From a virus (taxonomy: Duplodnaviria > Caudoviricetes): a stretch of 63,739 bases of DNA. The stretch spans positions 1 through 63,739 of IMG/VR virus record IMGVR_UViG_3300047560_001667. One strand, given 5' to 3'. Of this stretch, positions 39,538 to 47,985 are shown one piece after another (position 1 is the stretch's first letter; the number at the start of each line of letters is the position of its first letter). The translations under genes and the position numbers were made by a program. The notes beneath the pieces are model-generated. The model ran no database searches and was not told the DNA's origin. It worked only from the letters and a program-made list of their open reading frames with translations.

Positions 39538-39819
39538 TTAGTTGTTGTCTAATATACACCAATCATGAGCCAATAAATCGGAATGAGTTGGTACCCAAGG
39601 TTCAAAACCATCTTCAGTCACTACAGCTATAAAGCCATTTGAACAAAGGCGATCTTCATCCTCATGATTACTTGTCACACCCCATTGATTTGGTGCAATT
39701 TGTTTTAACCATTTTTCATTATTCCAAGATGCTCTTGAAACTTTATTAGCTTTTACATCAAGCCATGATATTGCAAGTGCAAAGCTACAATTAGTATTTA
39801 AGCCTGTTATTTTTATCAT
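39538..39819 (-). CDS. DUF2829 / Tad2-like protein (putative anti-defence nucleotide sponge)
   Basis: F..A...L...KV.R.SWN and PW.PT.SDLLA.DW motifs. Confidence 0.75.
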   Translation of the reverse strand: MIKITGLNTNCSFALAISWLDVKANKVSRASWNNEKWLKQIAPNQWGVTSNHEDEDRLCSNGFIAVVTEDGFEPWVPTHSDLLAHDWCILDNN

Positions 39820-39821
39820 AA

Positions 39822-40238
39822 TTATTTCCGACTAATTCCGCGAGGATCGAGTACAACCGCTTCTACCGAATCGTCATTAATTAATCGGAATTCTTTACCG
39901 TGAATGAGTAGACGTGAACCTGAGTTGGGTCGTACTAAAATAAAGTCACCTTGTTTACACCAAGGCCCACTTGGGAATTTATTTTCATCTTTATACGCTT
40001 CTGGACCTAATGCGATAACAAAAAGTACGGTTGTAAGCACTTCTTCATTACGCAAGGTTATATCCGCTTTCGCAATACCACTTTCGTATTCTTTATCAGC
40101 TTCGGGAATAGCGCATAGGAGTCTGTATCCTGATGGTATTGGGAGTTGAGTTGCTTTCTCTTCATTAGTAGCGTCTGTTTCGTAGCTACCAACAACTTGA
40201 GGGTTTTTTGGATTTGAACCAATTAAAATCTTTGACAT
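39822..40238 (-). CDS. groES: phage co-chaperonin GroES
   Basis: P.GYRLL...ESGI...VIALGPEAY...PWCK.GDF...FRLINDD.V.AV; no groEL in the window. Confidence 0.85.
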   Translation of the reverse strand: MSKILIGSNPKNPQVVGSYETDATNEEKATQLPIPSGYRLLCAIPEADKEYESGIAKADITLRNEEVLTTVLFVIALGPEAYKDENKFPSGPWCKQGDFILVRPNSGSRLLIHGKEFRLINDDSVEAVVLDPRGISRK

Positions 40239-40265
40239 TTTGTTTCCTGTTTGTGGGAAGTTAAG

Positions 40266-40286
40266 TGCCGTCTTTCCGTGCTGTCA
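40266..40286 (-). ncRNA. solitary TGACAGC-n-GGAAAGAC hairpin motif in the groES leader
   Basis: Minus strand TGACAGCACGGAAAGACGGCA, a variant of the repeats at 55390, 55609 and 55730. Confidence 0.55.
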
Positions 40287-40312
40287 TCGGGGTTTTTAGC
40301 TCCCCTCCCAAG

Positions 40313-40492
40313 CTAATCTTCTAATCTGTCTTTTGCATCAAGTAAATATCCGCGAGCCGTTTGAAGACCGCGAATCTCACCGCATAACTGCTTATAATCA
40401 TCAAATGATTCAAGACGCTCAGAACACACATGATCTTTCAATTGCTCGATTTTCTCATCAATATGCTTAATCACTACATCAAACGCGTCCAT
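40313..40492 (-). CDS. small conserved protein (59 aa), below the ORF-track cutoff
   Basis: MDAFDVVIKHIDEKIEQLK...DYKQLCGEIRGL; start overlaps the portal stop codon. Confidence 0.75.
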   Translation of the reverse strand: MDAFDVVIKHIDEKIEQLKDHVCSERLESFDDYKQLCGEIRGLQTARGYLLDAKDRLED

Positions 40493-43293
40493 TATTCTTC
40501 ACCTTCTTGCGATTGAACCTCAGCCTGTCGTGCTTGCTTTTTCTGTTGAGCACGGGTAAGTTCAGCTTGATGGCCTTGATGCGCTACATCAAGTACTTTA
40601 TGATGAGTTTGATGTTGACGGTCTAACGCATTTTGATACGCTTGATGTGCAATTTCTTCTGCTTTTTCTGTCTGAGCGCGTTCACGCTCAAGCATACCTT
40701 GATAGGCTTGATGCGCAATATCCATTTCCGTCTCAGTCTTCTTAGCAGTAATCTGCGCAGCATCCTTTAGAGCTTGCACGGTCGTTTTACGTTGCTGATC
40801 TTGTTTCTTCATTGTCATATCAGCAGCATTTTTAAGCGCTTCTACTTGAAGTTTCTTATCATCATGCGCTTGTTTAGCTTTATCAAGAGACTGTTTAACA
40901 CCCAATTGCGCTGCATTTTTAAGTACATCAATTTGCGTATTCTTATCAGCCATTGCTGCTTGAGACGCTATGCGTTCACGCTCAACCTGTATCTGTTGCA
41001 TTTTTAGCTGTGCATCAGTTTGATCTTTTTGCGCTTTGCGTTGTTGCTCTTGCGCTTTAAGCTGAAGCTCTTGCATCTGCATTTGAATCAGAGGGTCTTG
41101 CGCTTGCTGCTGCGCTTTTTGCTGAGCTGCTTGCGCTGTGTTTTGCTGTAGTAGTTGCGTAGCTGCTTGCGCAAGCAATGGTGCTAACGCGGCTTCCACT
41201 TCTGGATTTTGCTTAATATCCTCACCATCTTGATCTTCTTGAGGTGGCATTTGCATACCTAGCTGTTGCTCAACATCTTTTCTATACTGGAATCCTAAAT
41301 GCTCAGCGACATGCGACATCACTGTTGCTTGAATTTGAGGTAGCAATGGATTTCCTTGTAGCGTAGCCATAATCTTAGGATCATGAATCATCGCCATGTG
41401 AACAGCAATATGCGCGTTGTGGTCTTGATTAAGAAATGCTTTGACAGGTTTGAGTCTTAGCATATTCTGATTCTCAGACACAGGATCAACAGGGAATTTA
41501 TCTTCCTCTAATGGAACAAGCTTTTGCGCATCCTTAATCCCCAAAGCGTCAAGCATCTGGCGGTGAAGAACGGGCAAGTTGTAAAGTTGAGGTGCCCCTT
41601 GCGCAAGTTGTAATACCGCTTGGTACTGTACGATTTTCTGAGCCATCGTAGACGCATTCGGGTCAGATACAGGGATAACATCTGTGGTCTCGTAATCAGA
41701 CTTTTTGGCTTTTCGACTTCCTTCTTCAGGCTCATAATTATAATCCTCCGGTGCGTAAGCGGCAATAATCCCTTTTAGGAGACCAAGCTCTTGCTTCATC
41801 GAATAATGCACACGAGCTTGCACGGCTGTGATGACTTTGAGTGTACGCTCTAAAATAGCAAGTGTTGTTCCTACAGGTGCTTGACCTGACATATCTGATA
41901 CTTGCAAATCAGCTGCGTTAGCAAAACGTCTACCTTCTTCTACAATTTGATTTAAAAGCGCCATCAATACTTGACTAGGCTCTTTATAAGGAAGAGGTAT
42001 CAAGTTATCTTTAATTGTACCGCTTGGTACATCAACATCGCGCCACTCTCCAGGGGAAATAGGTGTGTCATCACCTTTAATGCGCAAACCACGCGATTTA
42101 AAACCACCAGGTAGATTACTTAGTGTTCCCGCATCAACCAGTTGTCGAATAAGAGAAGTGCCGGACTTAGCAAATGCACCAATAAGATGAATAAGGCCAA
42201 AGCAATAAAAGCCAAACCCAGGGACATACCCATAATGAACAAAATGTTGTCGTTTGGTGTAGGTTTCATCATCTGGCTCCCAGTTACGTCTAATCGATAA
42301 AATCGCTTGGCTACCTTTTTCAATAGTCACTACATAAGGTAATGCAATACCTGTTTCTTCACCATCCTCATCTGTGTGCTCAAAACCAGGTAAGTCTAAA
42401 TCAACGTGCATCTCAAGAATTTTGTAGCGATCATCGGATGTCGCTCGAAAACCCATTTTCTCAGCAATCTTTTTCTCAACTTCATCAAGTGCGCCATCTG
42501 GTTCACCCAAATCAATATCACGATAAAATCCTGCTACTTGAAGTCTGCGCATTTCATTTTCAGTTTTACGCATTACATGTGTGACGCGCTCAGCTGTTTC
42601 TAAATTAGACGCACCATAAGGCACGACCATATCTTCAGCAGGGACAAATACAGATACTTGGCGGTTAAGACGTGGATCAAAATACACCTTTTTAAACGCA
42701 TTACCTGATAAGCCAAGACCCCAAAGCATACGCTCATGTTCTGGTCGATACTCTGTCATCACATCAAGAAGTTGATAGTTCATGTCTTCTTGTACGCGCT
42801 GAGCCGCATCTTTTTTGCTTTGTGTTTCTTTACCAATAATGCGTGTTTTCACCGGACCGGCTGATGGGAAAGTTGCCATCATCGTTTCAGCTTGGAACTT
42901 AACTAACGCTTCGCTAAGCAGTGGATGATGTACACCACACGCCCCATCCCAAGGTTCAGTACGCTCTTCAAGTTTCATTCCTAGAAGGTCTAAACCATCC
43001 GTATAGGTCATTATCCAATCTTTTCTTGACCCAATGTCATCATCAAAGTCTGACAAAAGCTCTGAAGCAATAGATGACAATTCACCATCATCTAAAAGTT
43101 CAGCTAAATTTTCGTCAAAGTCTTCGTCATCGGTAGCTTTTGGATTGAAGTCAATTTCGAGTCCGCCCATAGCGATATGAAGTGCATCTGGATCATCAAT
43201 TTCAATCTCAATATCTGGCGACTCATCTGACATTGCTCCAAGTAGTGAATCAAGACCCATCGGTGCTTGATATAAACTTTTATCTATACTCAT
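40492..43293 (-). CDS. portal protein (P22-like, long C-terminal coiled coil)
   Basis: Follows TerL; SRKDW...G, PWDGACGVHHP, GNAFKKVY, RQLVDAGTLSNLPGG; Q-rich tail. Confidence 0.88.
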   Translation of the reverse strand: MSIDKSLYQAPMGLDSLLGAMSDESPDIEIEIDDPDALHIAMGGLEIDFNPKATDDEDFDENLAELLDDGELSSIASELLSDFDDDIGSRKDWIMTYTDGLDLLGMKLEERTEPWDGACGVHHPLLSEALVKFQAETMMATFPSAGPVKTRIIGKETQSKKDAAQRVQEDMNYQLLDVMTEYRPEHERMLWGLGLSGNAFKKVYFDPRLNRQVSVFVPAEDMVVPYGASNLETAERVTHVMRKTENEMRRLQVAGFYRDIDLGEPDGALDEVEKKIAEKMGFRATSDDRYKILEMHVDLDLPGFEHTDEDGEETGIALPYVVTIEKGSQAILSIRRNWEPDDETYTKRQHFVHYGYVPGFGFYCFGLIHLIGAFAKSGTSLIRQLVDAGTLSNLPGGFKSRGLRIKGDDTPISPGEWRDVDVPSGTIKDNLIPLPYKEPSQVLMALLNQIVEEGRRFANAADLQVSDMSGQAPVGTTLAILERTLKVITAVQARVHYSMKQELGLLKGIIAAYAPEDYNYEPEEGSRKAKKSDYETTDVIPVSDPNASTMAQKIVQYQAVLQLAQGAPQLYNLPVLHRQMLDALGIKDAQKLVPLEEDKFPVDPVSENQNMLRLKPVKAFLNQDHNAHIAVHMAMIHDPKIMATLQGNPLLPQIQATVMSHVAEHLGFQYRKDVEQQLGMQMPPQEDQDGEDIKQNPEVEAALAPLLAQAATQLLQQNTAQAAQQKAQQQAQDPLIQMQMQELQLKAQEQQRKAQKDQTDAQLKMQQIQVERERIASQAAMADKNTQIDVLKNAAQLGVKQSLDKAKQAHDDKKLQVEALKNAADMTMKKQDQQRKTTVQALKDAAQITAKKTETEMDIAHQAYQGMLERERAQTEKAEEIAHQAYQNALDRQHQTHHKVLDVAHQGHQAELTRAQQKKQARQAEVQSQEGEE

Positions 43294-43319
43294 TTAGTTG
43301 TCTCTTAATAATGTGGTAA

Positions 43320-44828
43320 TCAATAATACTCTCGTTTGCGTCGATAGAATTTTTCTTCTTCAGGCTCATCGAGTATTGTACGCACAAAGTTACCATTTCG
43401 AAAGAAGATGAGTGCTTGACTCACAGTATCCACCAAGTCGTCGTGCATACCGGATGGAAACGCAGCAACATCATCCACAAGCTCATCAGCCCATCGGTAT
43501 TCTGGTGCCCAAACAAAACCGGATGAGAACACATCGGCAATACTATGTAGTCGTGAAATCTTATCGTTACCGCGTGCAGGGGTAAACTCATGCACAGGAA
43601 TACCCATTCGTCTAAGCTCTTGTATTAGCGACATCCCCGATGCACGTTTTTCCACAATCATCGTGTCTGGTGCCCACTCATCATAGGCTTCTTTCACCCA
43701 TTCTTTAAGCTCTGGAAACTCTACACGCTTTTTCACCGCATCAAGGAGCATAATATTAGGCTGACGTGTACCATCATCGTTGTCTGCATCGAACACACCC
43801 CATACAGTCAATGCTGAAAAGTCTGCTCGATTATGTTTTTCAAACGCGGTATCCCACGACATTAAAAGGTAATCCATCGGTGGTGGATTGGGTTTTTCCC
43901 ATCGCTTCCACCATTCACGTTTAATTATCGCCCCTTCTTCAGAAGTTGGATTTTGTAAATACTGAGCATTCCAAAAACGTGGGTCAACAGATAGGCGTGT
44001 TTTCTCTAATTCTTCAAGTGGCCAAAACTCTGGCCATAGGGGTTTGCCTGATGGGAGAATTGCCGGAAACTCGATAACTTCCCATTGGTCGCCATCTGGG
44101 GAGCTAATCATGTTATCAACGAGTCTACCTGTTAAATCTCGGCGCGACCACCGTGTCATAACCAAAATTATGGCGCCCCCCGGCTGAAGGCGTTGACGAG
44201 GACCGGTCATATAATAATCATATACCACATTGTGCGGCTCAGGATTTTGACTTTTCCCTTCTTGTTCACTTATTAGGTCATCGAGGATACATAAATCCGC
44301 TCCTTTCCCGGCAACGGCGCCACCAACACCCATAGCGATATACGTCCCATTCTTATCTGTATTCCATCTAGCCGCAGCGGTAGAGTCCCTGCGCAGGCGA
44401 GTTTCTGGAAAAATAGTATGATAATTATCTGAGTCAACTAAATTTCTAACTTTACGTCCAAACCCTTCAGCCATATCAGCAGTATGGGAGATTTGCATGA
44501 TTTGCTTATTTGGATACAGTCCTAAAAACCATGCTGGTAGTAAATACGATGCAAACTCAGATTTAGTATGACGAGGTGGCATATTGATAATTAACCGCTT
44601 GAGTTTACCTTGTGCTACGCGCTCAAAGGCTCGTGCCATTTTTGCATGGTGACGACCGGGAATAAACTCAGGCCACATACGTTCTACAAATTTAATAAAA
44701 TCTTTTTGAGCAGCGGCTCGTGTGTTGCGATGGTCAAGTTCAGTCAGTAATTCGAGCGCACGGATACGATCCGTTTCACTCATTTGATTGAGAATTTCAG
44801 CGGGAATAGGATTAGGCATTGATGACAT
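43320..44828 (-). CDS. terL: terminase large subunit
   Basis: RLIINMPPRHTKS (Walker A), LCILDD (Walker B), VMTRW, SWDTA, HDDLVD nuclease motif. Confidence 0.95.
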   Translation of the reverse strand: MSSMPNPIPAEILNQMSETDRIRALELLTELDHRNTRAAAQKDFIKFVERMWPEFIPGRHHAKMARAFERVAQGKLKRLIINMPPRHTKSEFASYLLPAWFLGLYPNKQIMQISHTADMAEGFGRKVRNLVDSDNYHTIFPETRLRRDSTAAARWNTDKNGTYIAMGVGGAVAGKGADLCILDDLISEQEGKSQNPEPHNVVYDYYMTGPRQRLQPGGAIILVMTRWSRRDLTGRLVDNMISSPDGDQWEVIEFPAILPSGKPLWPEFWPLEELEKTRLSVDPRFWNAQYLQNPTSEEGAIIKREWWKRWEKPNPPPMDYLLMSWDTAFEKHNRADFSALTVWGVFDADNDDGTRQPNIMLLDAVKKRVEFPELKEWVKEAYDEWAPDTMIVEKRASGMSLIQELRRMGIPVHEFTPARGNDKISRLHSIADVFSSGFVWAPEYRWADELVDDVAAFPSGMHDDLVDTVSQALIFFRNGNFVRTILDEPEEEKFYRRKREYY

Positions 44829-45294
44829 TAAGCGAACTCATATATTTGTTCATCAACCCTTGCAGGTCTTTTTCAAGTTCATCCGTTGTTTTATTACCAA
44901 TATCAATACTGATTTTAGTTTCAAACAAGCCAACTTCAGCAATTTTACCAATCTTCTCTATTGCCCCTAAAGCCACACTCTCTTTTTCACTTTCTGCTAA
45001 ATCGAGCAGGCGTGAGATAGCATAGGTTCGCAGGCGTGCTGACTCATCAGCCATAGAAAAATCATATTGCGCTAATAAGCGTCTTGCTGCAATGGCCGCG
45101 CCAGGTGTAGTGGGTTTGCTTGGGGCAGACGGTGTTTGGAAGACAAACGCTCTAGCTTCTTTCTCATCTTCTTTTGTTGGGTTGATTTGAATTTTATTTG
45201 CATCAACAAATGACGGATCGCAGCAGGCGTTATTCCATAATTGTGGCAGAGGGAGTTTTGGTTCCCAGATAAAATTTAGGATGTTTGTGTCCAT
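44812..45294 (-). CDS. putative terminase small subunit
   Basis: Immediately upstream of terL; ALGAIEKIGK..EVGLF pattern; start taken at ATG 45294. Confidence 0.6.
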   Translation of the reverse strand: MDTNILNFIWEPKLPLPQLWNNACCDPSFVDANKIQINPTKEDEKEARAFVFQTPSAPSKPTTPGAAIAARRLLAQYDFSMADESARLRTYAISRLLDLAESEKESVALGAIEKIGKIAEVGLFETKISIDIGNKTTDELEKDLQGLMNKYMSSLNVINA

Positions 45295-45379
45295 AGTTTT
45301 TATGTGTGAAGAATAAGTTAGGCAGATGTTAACACATTTGCTTTTAAAAATTATATAAAAAATTTTTAGAGGGTAAAAG

Positions 45380-45438
45380 TTATGCACAGGGGGTAGGTGT
45401 TTTAAAAAGTTATGCACAGGGTAAAAAAGTTATGCGTA
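45380..45438 (+). promoter_or_regulatory. two consensus DnaA boxes plus one degenerate copy
   Basis: TTATGCACA at 45380 and 45410; TTATGCGTA at 45430. Confidence 0.6.
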
Positions 45439-45766
45439 GGGGGTATGGGTGTTGTTTTGAGTGTTAGGTATAAACTGACAACCTATAGGGATTTTTTATA
45501 AAAATTTTAGAAAATGGCAAATTTTAGTTGTCGAATGAGGAAAATCGATAGTAAGAGCGCGACACGGAAGCTGAGGAAAAAGTGGGGGTGGGGGTCGATA
45601 TGTCGACATTTTTAGGATTGAAAGCCGTATGCCCGACACGAAAAAAGCCTAATAGAATCATAGGCTTACAGGATTTTAGCATTAAAGCGATTCGATATAA
45701 CGACACGCTATAGAGTGGCAATGCTGCAAGGCTTACATGCTTACAGTCTTATAGATTGAGCTGTAG

Positions 45767-45912
45767 AGTTATGCACAGGCAAGTTATGCACAGGCAAGTT
45801 ATGCACAGGCAAGTTATGCACAGGCAAGTTATGCACAGGCAAGTTATGCACAGGCAAGTTATGCACAGGCAAGTTATGCACAGGCAAGTTATGCACAGGC
45901 AAGTTATGCACA
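45767..45912 (+). repeat. 15-bp tandem repeat x10, each unit containing a consensus DnaA box
   Basis: (AAGTTATGCACAGGC)n; TTATGCACA matches TTWTNCACA. Confidence 0.9.
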
Positions 45913-46025
45913 ATCTGCAACCATTGCGACCATGTTAAAAGATTTTAGCGTGTCAGTAAGTACTTGACATTATTAGCTTTTTAGCTTTTTAGCCATGTTA
46001 TTTTGTTTAAAATGTTAGGTATTAG

Positions 46026-46053
46026 TTGACATGCGTTTAATTTGCTGTAAACT
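46026..46053 (+). promoter_or_regulatory. putative early sigma70 promoter
   Basis: TTGACA-16 bp-TAAACT upstream of the early gene cluster. Confidence 0.55.
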
Positions 46054-46098
46054 TTGCCGCGTGGTTACGAATTTATAGAACGGTTAATTTTATGTTAA

Positions 46099-46170
46099 TG
46101 CACCAAAATGGTGCAAAGATTGTCGGATGTTAGTATTTTTCGTAATTACCCAACGCACCATTTTGGTGCA
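46099..46170. promoter_or_regulatory. pair of NtrC-consensus palindromes
   Basis: TGCACCAAAATGGTGCA (46099-46115) and CGCACCATTTTGGTGCA (46154-46170). Confidence 0.6.
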
Positions 46171-46206
46171 TAAAAATATAAACTATTGAACTAAAAGGAT
46201 AAAACA

Positions 46207-46413
46207 ATGAATAAAATCAAAACTTATCTAATCAACGATGATGAACTATTCAATTATAAAATACAAGCGACAAGCTATAGACAAGCAATTGCAATTTTTA
46301 AAGACTTATTTAGTTTTTCAGGTCGTTTGCGATTGACTGCGCATTATGCGAACGTAAAAGAATATAAACTTGTATATTCCACTTACAAGTTTTCAATCAC
46401 TGAAATTTTATAA
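46207..46413 (+). CDS. early hypothetical protein
   Basis: TAAAAGGATAAAACAATG leader. Confidence 0.7.
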   Translation: MNKIKTYLINDDELFNYKIQATSYRQAIAIFKDLFSFSGRLRLTAHYANVKEYKLVYSTYKFSITEIL

Positions 46414-46425
46414 AAGGTTAAAATC

Positions 46426-46641
46426 ATGAACAAAACAGAAAAAGCGGCAATTCTAAAAATCGCAAAATTCCATTTATCGGAATTATCGAAACTAGTCAGT
46501 AACAAAGAACCGGAACAATACAAAACGCGACAAGCTCACCGCGACATTTTGCAAGGTTTTAAATTTTACGGTTTTATTCAGGATTTTAATATCGATAAAG
46601 GCGTATTGATTAACACTGTATGGCACCGCAACAATTACTGA
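46426..46641 (+). CDS. early hypothetical protein
   Basis: TAAAAGGTTAAAATCATG leader. Confidence 0.7.
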   Translation: MNKTEKAAILKIAKFHLSELSKLVSNKEPEQYKTRQAHRDILQGFKFYGFIQDFNIDKGVLINTVWHRNNY

Positions 46642-46687
46642 AATTTTATAAAAACACTATAACTCTATAATTTAAAAGGATAAAATC

Positions 46688-46960
46688 ATGATAGCAATAC
46701 ACACTAAATATTTGCCCGCTTCCAACGTACGCGGATCACGCATTAAAGCCTATACAGCGGGCGCAATGGGTTTTAAAGGTTTTGAAGCAACTATCCCATA
46801 CCCACATGAATTCGACGGCGTTGACTGCCATTTCGAAGCTGTGAAGGCATTGGTAATTAAGCACAAATTAGATTGGGATCTAACCGATATGCGATATGGT
46901 AACAGTGCTGACGGGCGCGGCTTTTCTTTCTGTTTTGACGCGTCGAAGGTGGCAAAATGA
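46688..46960 (+). CDS. early conserved phage protein
   Basis: AI.TKYLP..N.RGSRIKA N-terminus; TAAAAGGATAAAATCATG leader. Confidence 0.75.
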   Translation: MIAIHTKYLPASNVRGSRIKAYTAGAMGFKGFEATIPYPHEFDGVDCHFEAVKALVIKHKLDWDLTDMRYGNSADGRGFSFCFDASKVAK

Positions 46961-47115
46961 TTTACATACAGCGTAAAAGCGGTAAGTACTTAGAAACAGT
47001 GGACGCGTTTAGCACTATAAAAGAAGCGCGTACAATGATTAAAGAATACAGATTATCAGATAAAACCGCCGAATATTATCTAAGCCGTCGCGCTTGCAAG
47101 GCGTGGACAATGTAA
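46957..47115 (+). CDS. early hypothetical protein (52 aa), below the ORF-track cutoff
   Basis: MIYIQRKSGKYLETVDAF...; ATGA overlap with the upstream gene. Confidence 0.7.
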   Translation: MIYIQRKSGKYLETVDAFSTIKEARTMIKEYRLSDKTAEYYLSRRACKAWTM

Positions 47116-47194
47116 AAATTCCAACGTGTAACGCCTTATTGATAGGGCGTTATGCGGTGTAATTTTGCACCGTTTAAAATAAAAGGTTAAAACA

Positions 47195-47413
47195 ATGAAA
47201 ACTATATATTTAGAATTTATCGACGCCCCTATGTGGTATCACACGCGCGGGCTAATGCAAACTGCAACGGGTTATGGTAAAAAACTAAACACTGGAAAAA
47301 AAGCAATTGTTGGCAATAAAACATATCGAGTTTATGCGTCGTGTTTCTCTAATGTAGCGTCGCTCTATATCATTATTAAAGGTGTAAAAATTTACGTTGA
47401 TCGTTGGGATTAA
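47195..47413 (+). CDS. early conserved phage protein
   Basis: QTATGYGKKL.T...RVY..CFSN; shared leader. Confidence 0.7.
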   Translation: MKTIYLEFIDAPMWYHTRGLMQTATGYGKKLNTGKKAIVGNKTYRVYASCFSNVASLYIIIKGVKIYVDRWD

Positions 47414-47425
47414 AAGGTTAAAACA

Positions 47426-47671
47426 ATGAAAAAAATCACATTAAGCCGCGCATATCAAAACAATTTGCGTAATATTCGATTTAATACAAATTTAATTGCC
47501 GCGTCATGGTCAATATTTTATAAAGGTGAATACGCATGTGGCGCATCTTATAACGGTATGGGTATTATTAGCGTATGCTTTCCATGTGGCTTGCAAGTCT
47601 ATAGTAAGTCACTCACAAATATTAAAAGGTATATTCGTGCATACAAACAAAATAAATTAGAGGTGCTGTAA
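47426..47671 (+). CDS. early hypothetical protein
   Basis: Shared TAAAAGGTTAAAACAATG leader. Confidence 0.65.
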   Translation: MKKITLSRAYQNNLRNIRFNTNLIAASWSIFYKGEYACGASYNGMGIISVCFPCGLQVYSKSLTNIKRYIRAYKQNKLEVL

Positions 47672-47703
47672 TGATCGTACTCTTTCAATAACTAAATAGC
47701 CCT

Positions 47704-47734
47704 AAAGCCCTGTAGCAATATAGGGCTTTTTATT
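47704..47734 (+). terminator. intrinsic terminator closing the early cluster
   Basis: AAAGCCCTGTA-GCAA-TATAGGGCTTT followed by TTATT. Confidence 0.8.
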
Positions 47735-47751
47735 GTCTAAAATAAATCACT

Positions 47752-47837
47752 TTTAAACACGTTTTAAGCCTTGTTTACACGTTAACCGATACCAACGTAT
47801 TACCCAAACATCAAACAAGGCTTAAAAGGCGTTTAAA
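47752..47837. repeat. 25-bp inverted repeat with a 36-bp spacer
   Basis: TTTAAACACGTTTTAAGCCTTGTTT / AAACAAGGCTTAAAAGGCGTTTAAA, 23 of 25 positions matching. Confidence 0.8.
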
Positions 47838-47985
47838 TGCAATCTAACGCTATAAAACATGACATCATCAAACTATAAAAAACAAGGTAAACCTATAGGA
47901 TCATTTTAAAACTACATATTTTACTCACTTATCGAGTTTGCTATAGTATAGCGTTCACATTCACGCTAACTAACACGGACAAAAT

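Noticed and set aside
5102-44970. Numerous short antisense or alternate-frame ORFs inside structural genes (e.g. 15991-16203, 32745-33260, 38826-39185)
   Set aside because: Shadow ORFs fully overlapping well-supported genes, with no RBS or motifs.
45295-45417. N-terminal extension of TerS given by the ORF track
   Set aside because: Runs through the DnaA boxes and AT-rich promoter-like DNA; the ATG at 45294 is more plausible.
45767-45912. CRISPR array
   Set aside because: Head-to-tail repeats with no spacers; no cas operon.
45756-45938. ORF encoding (VMHRQ)n
   Set aside because: By-product of the stop-free 15-bp repeat; TTG start, no RBS.
46030-46640. Sigma54 promoter paired with the NtrC boxes
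   Set aside because: The candidates I checked (minus CGGCAAAGTTTACAGC, plus TGGCACCGCAACAATT) lack the exact GG-N10-GC spacing.
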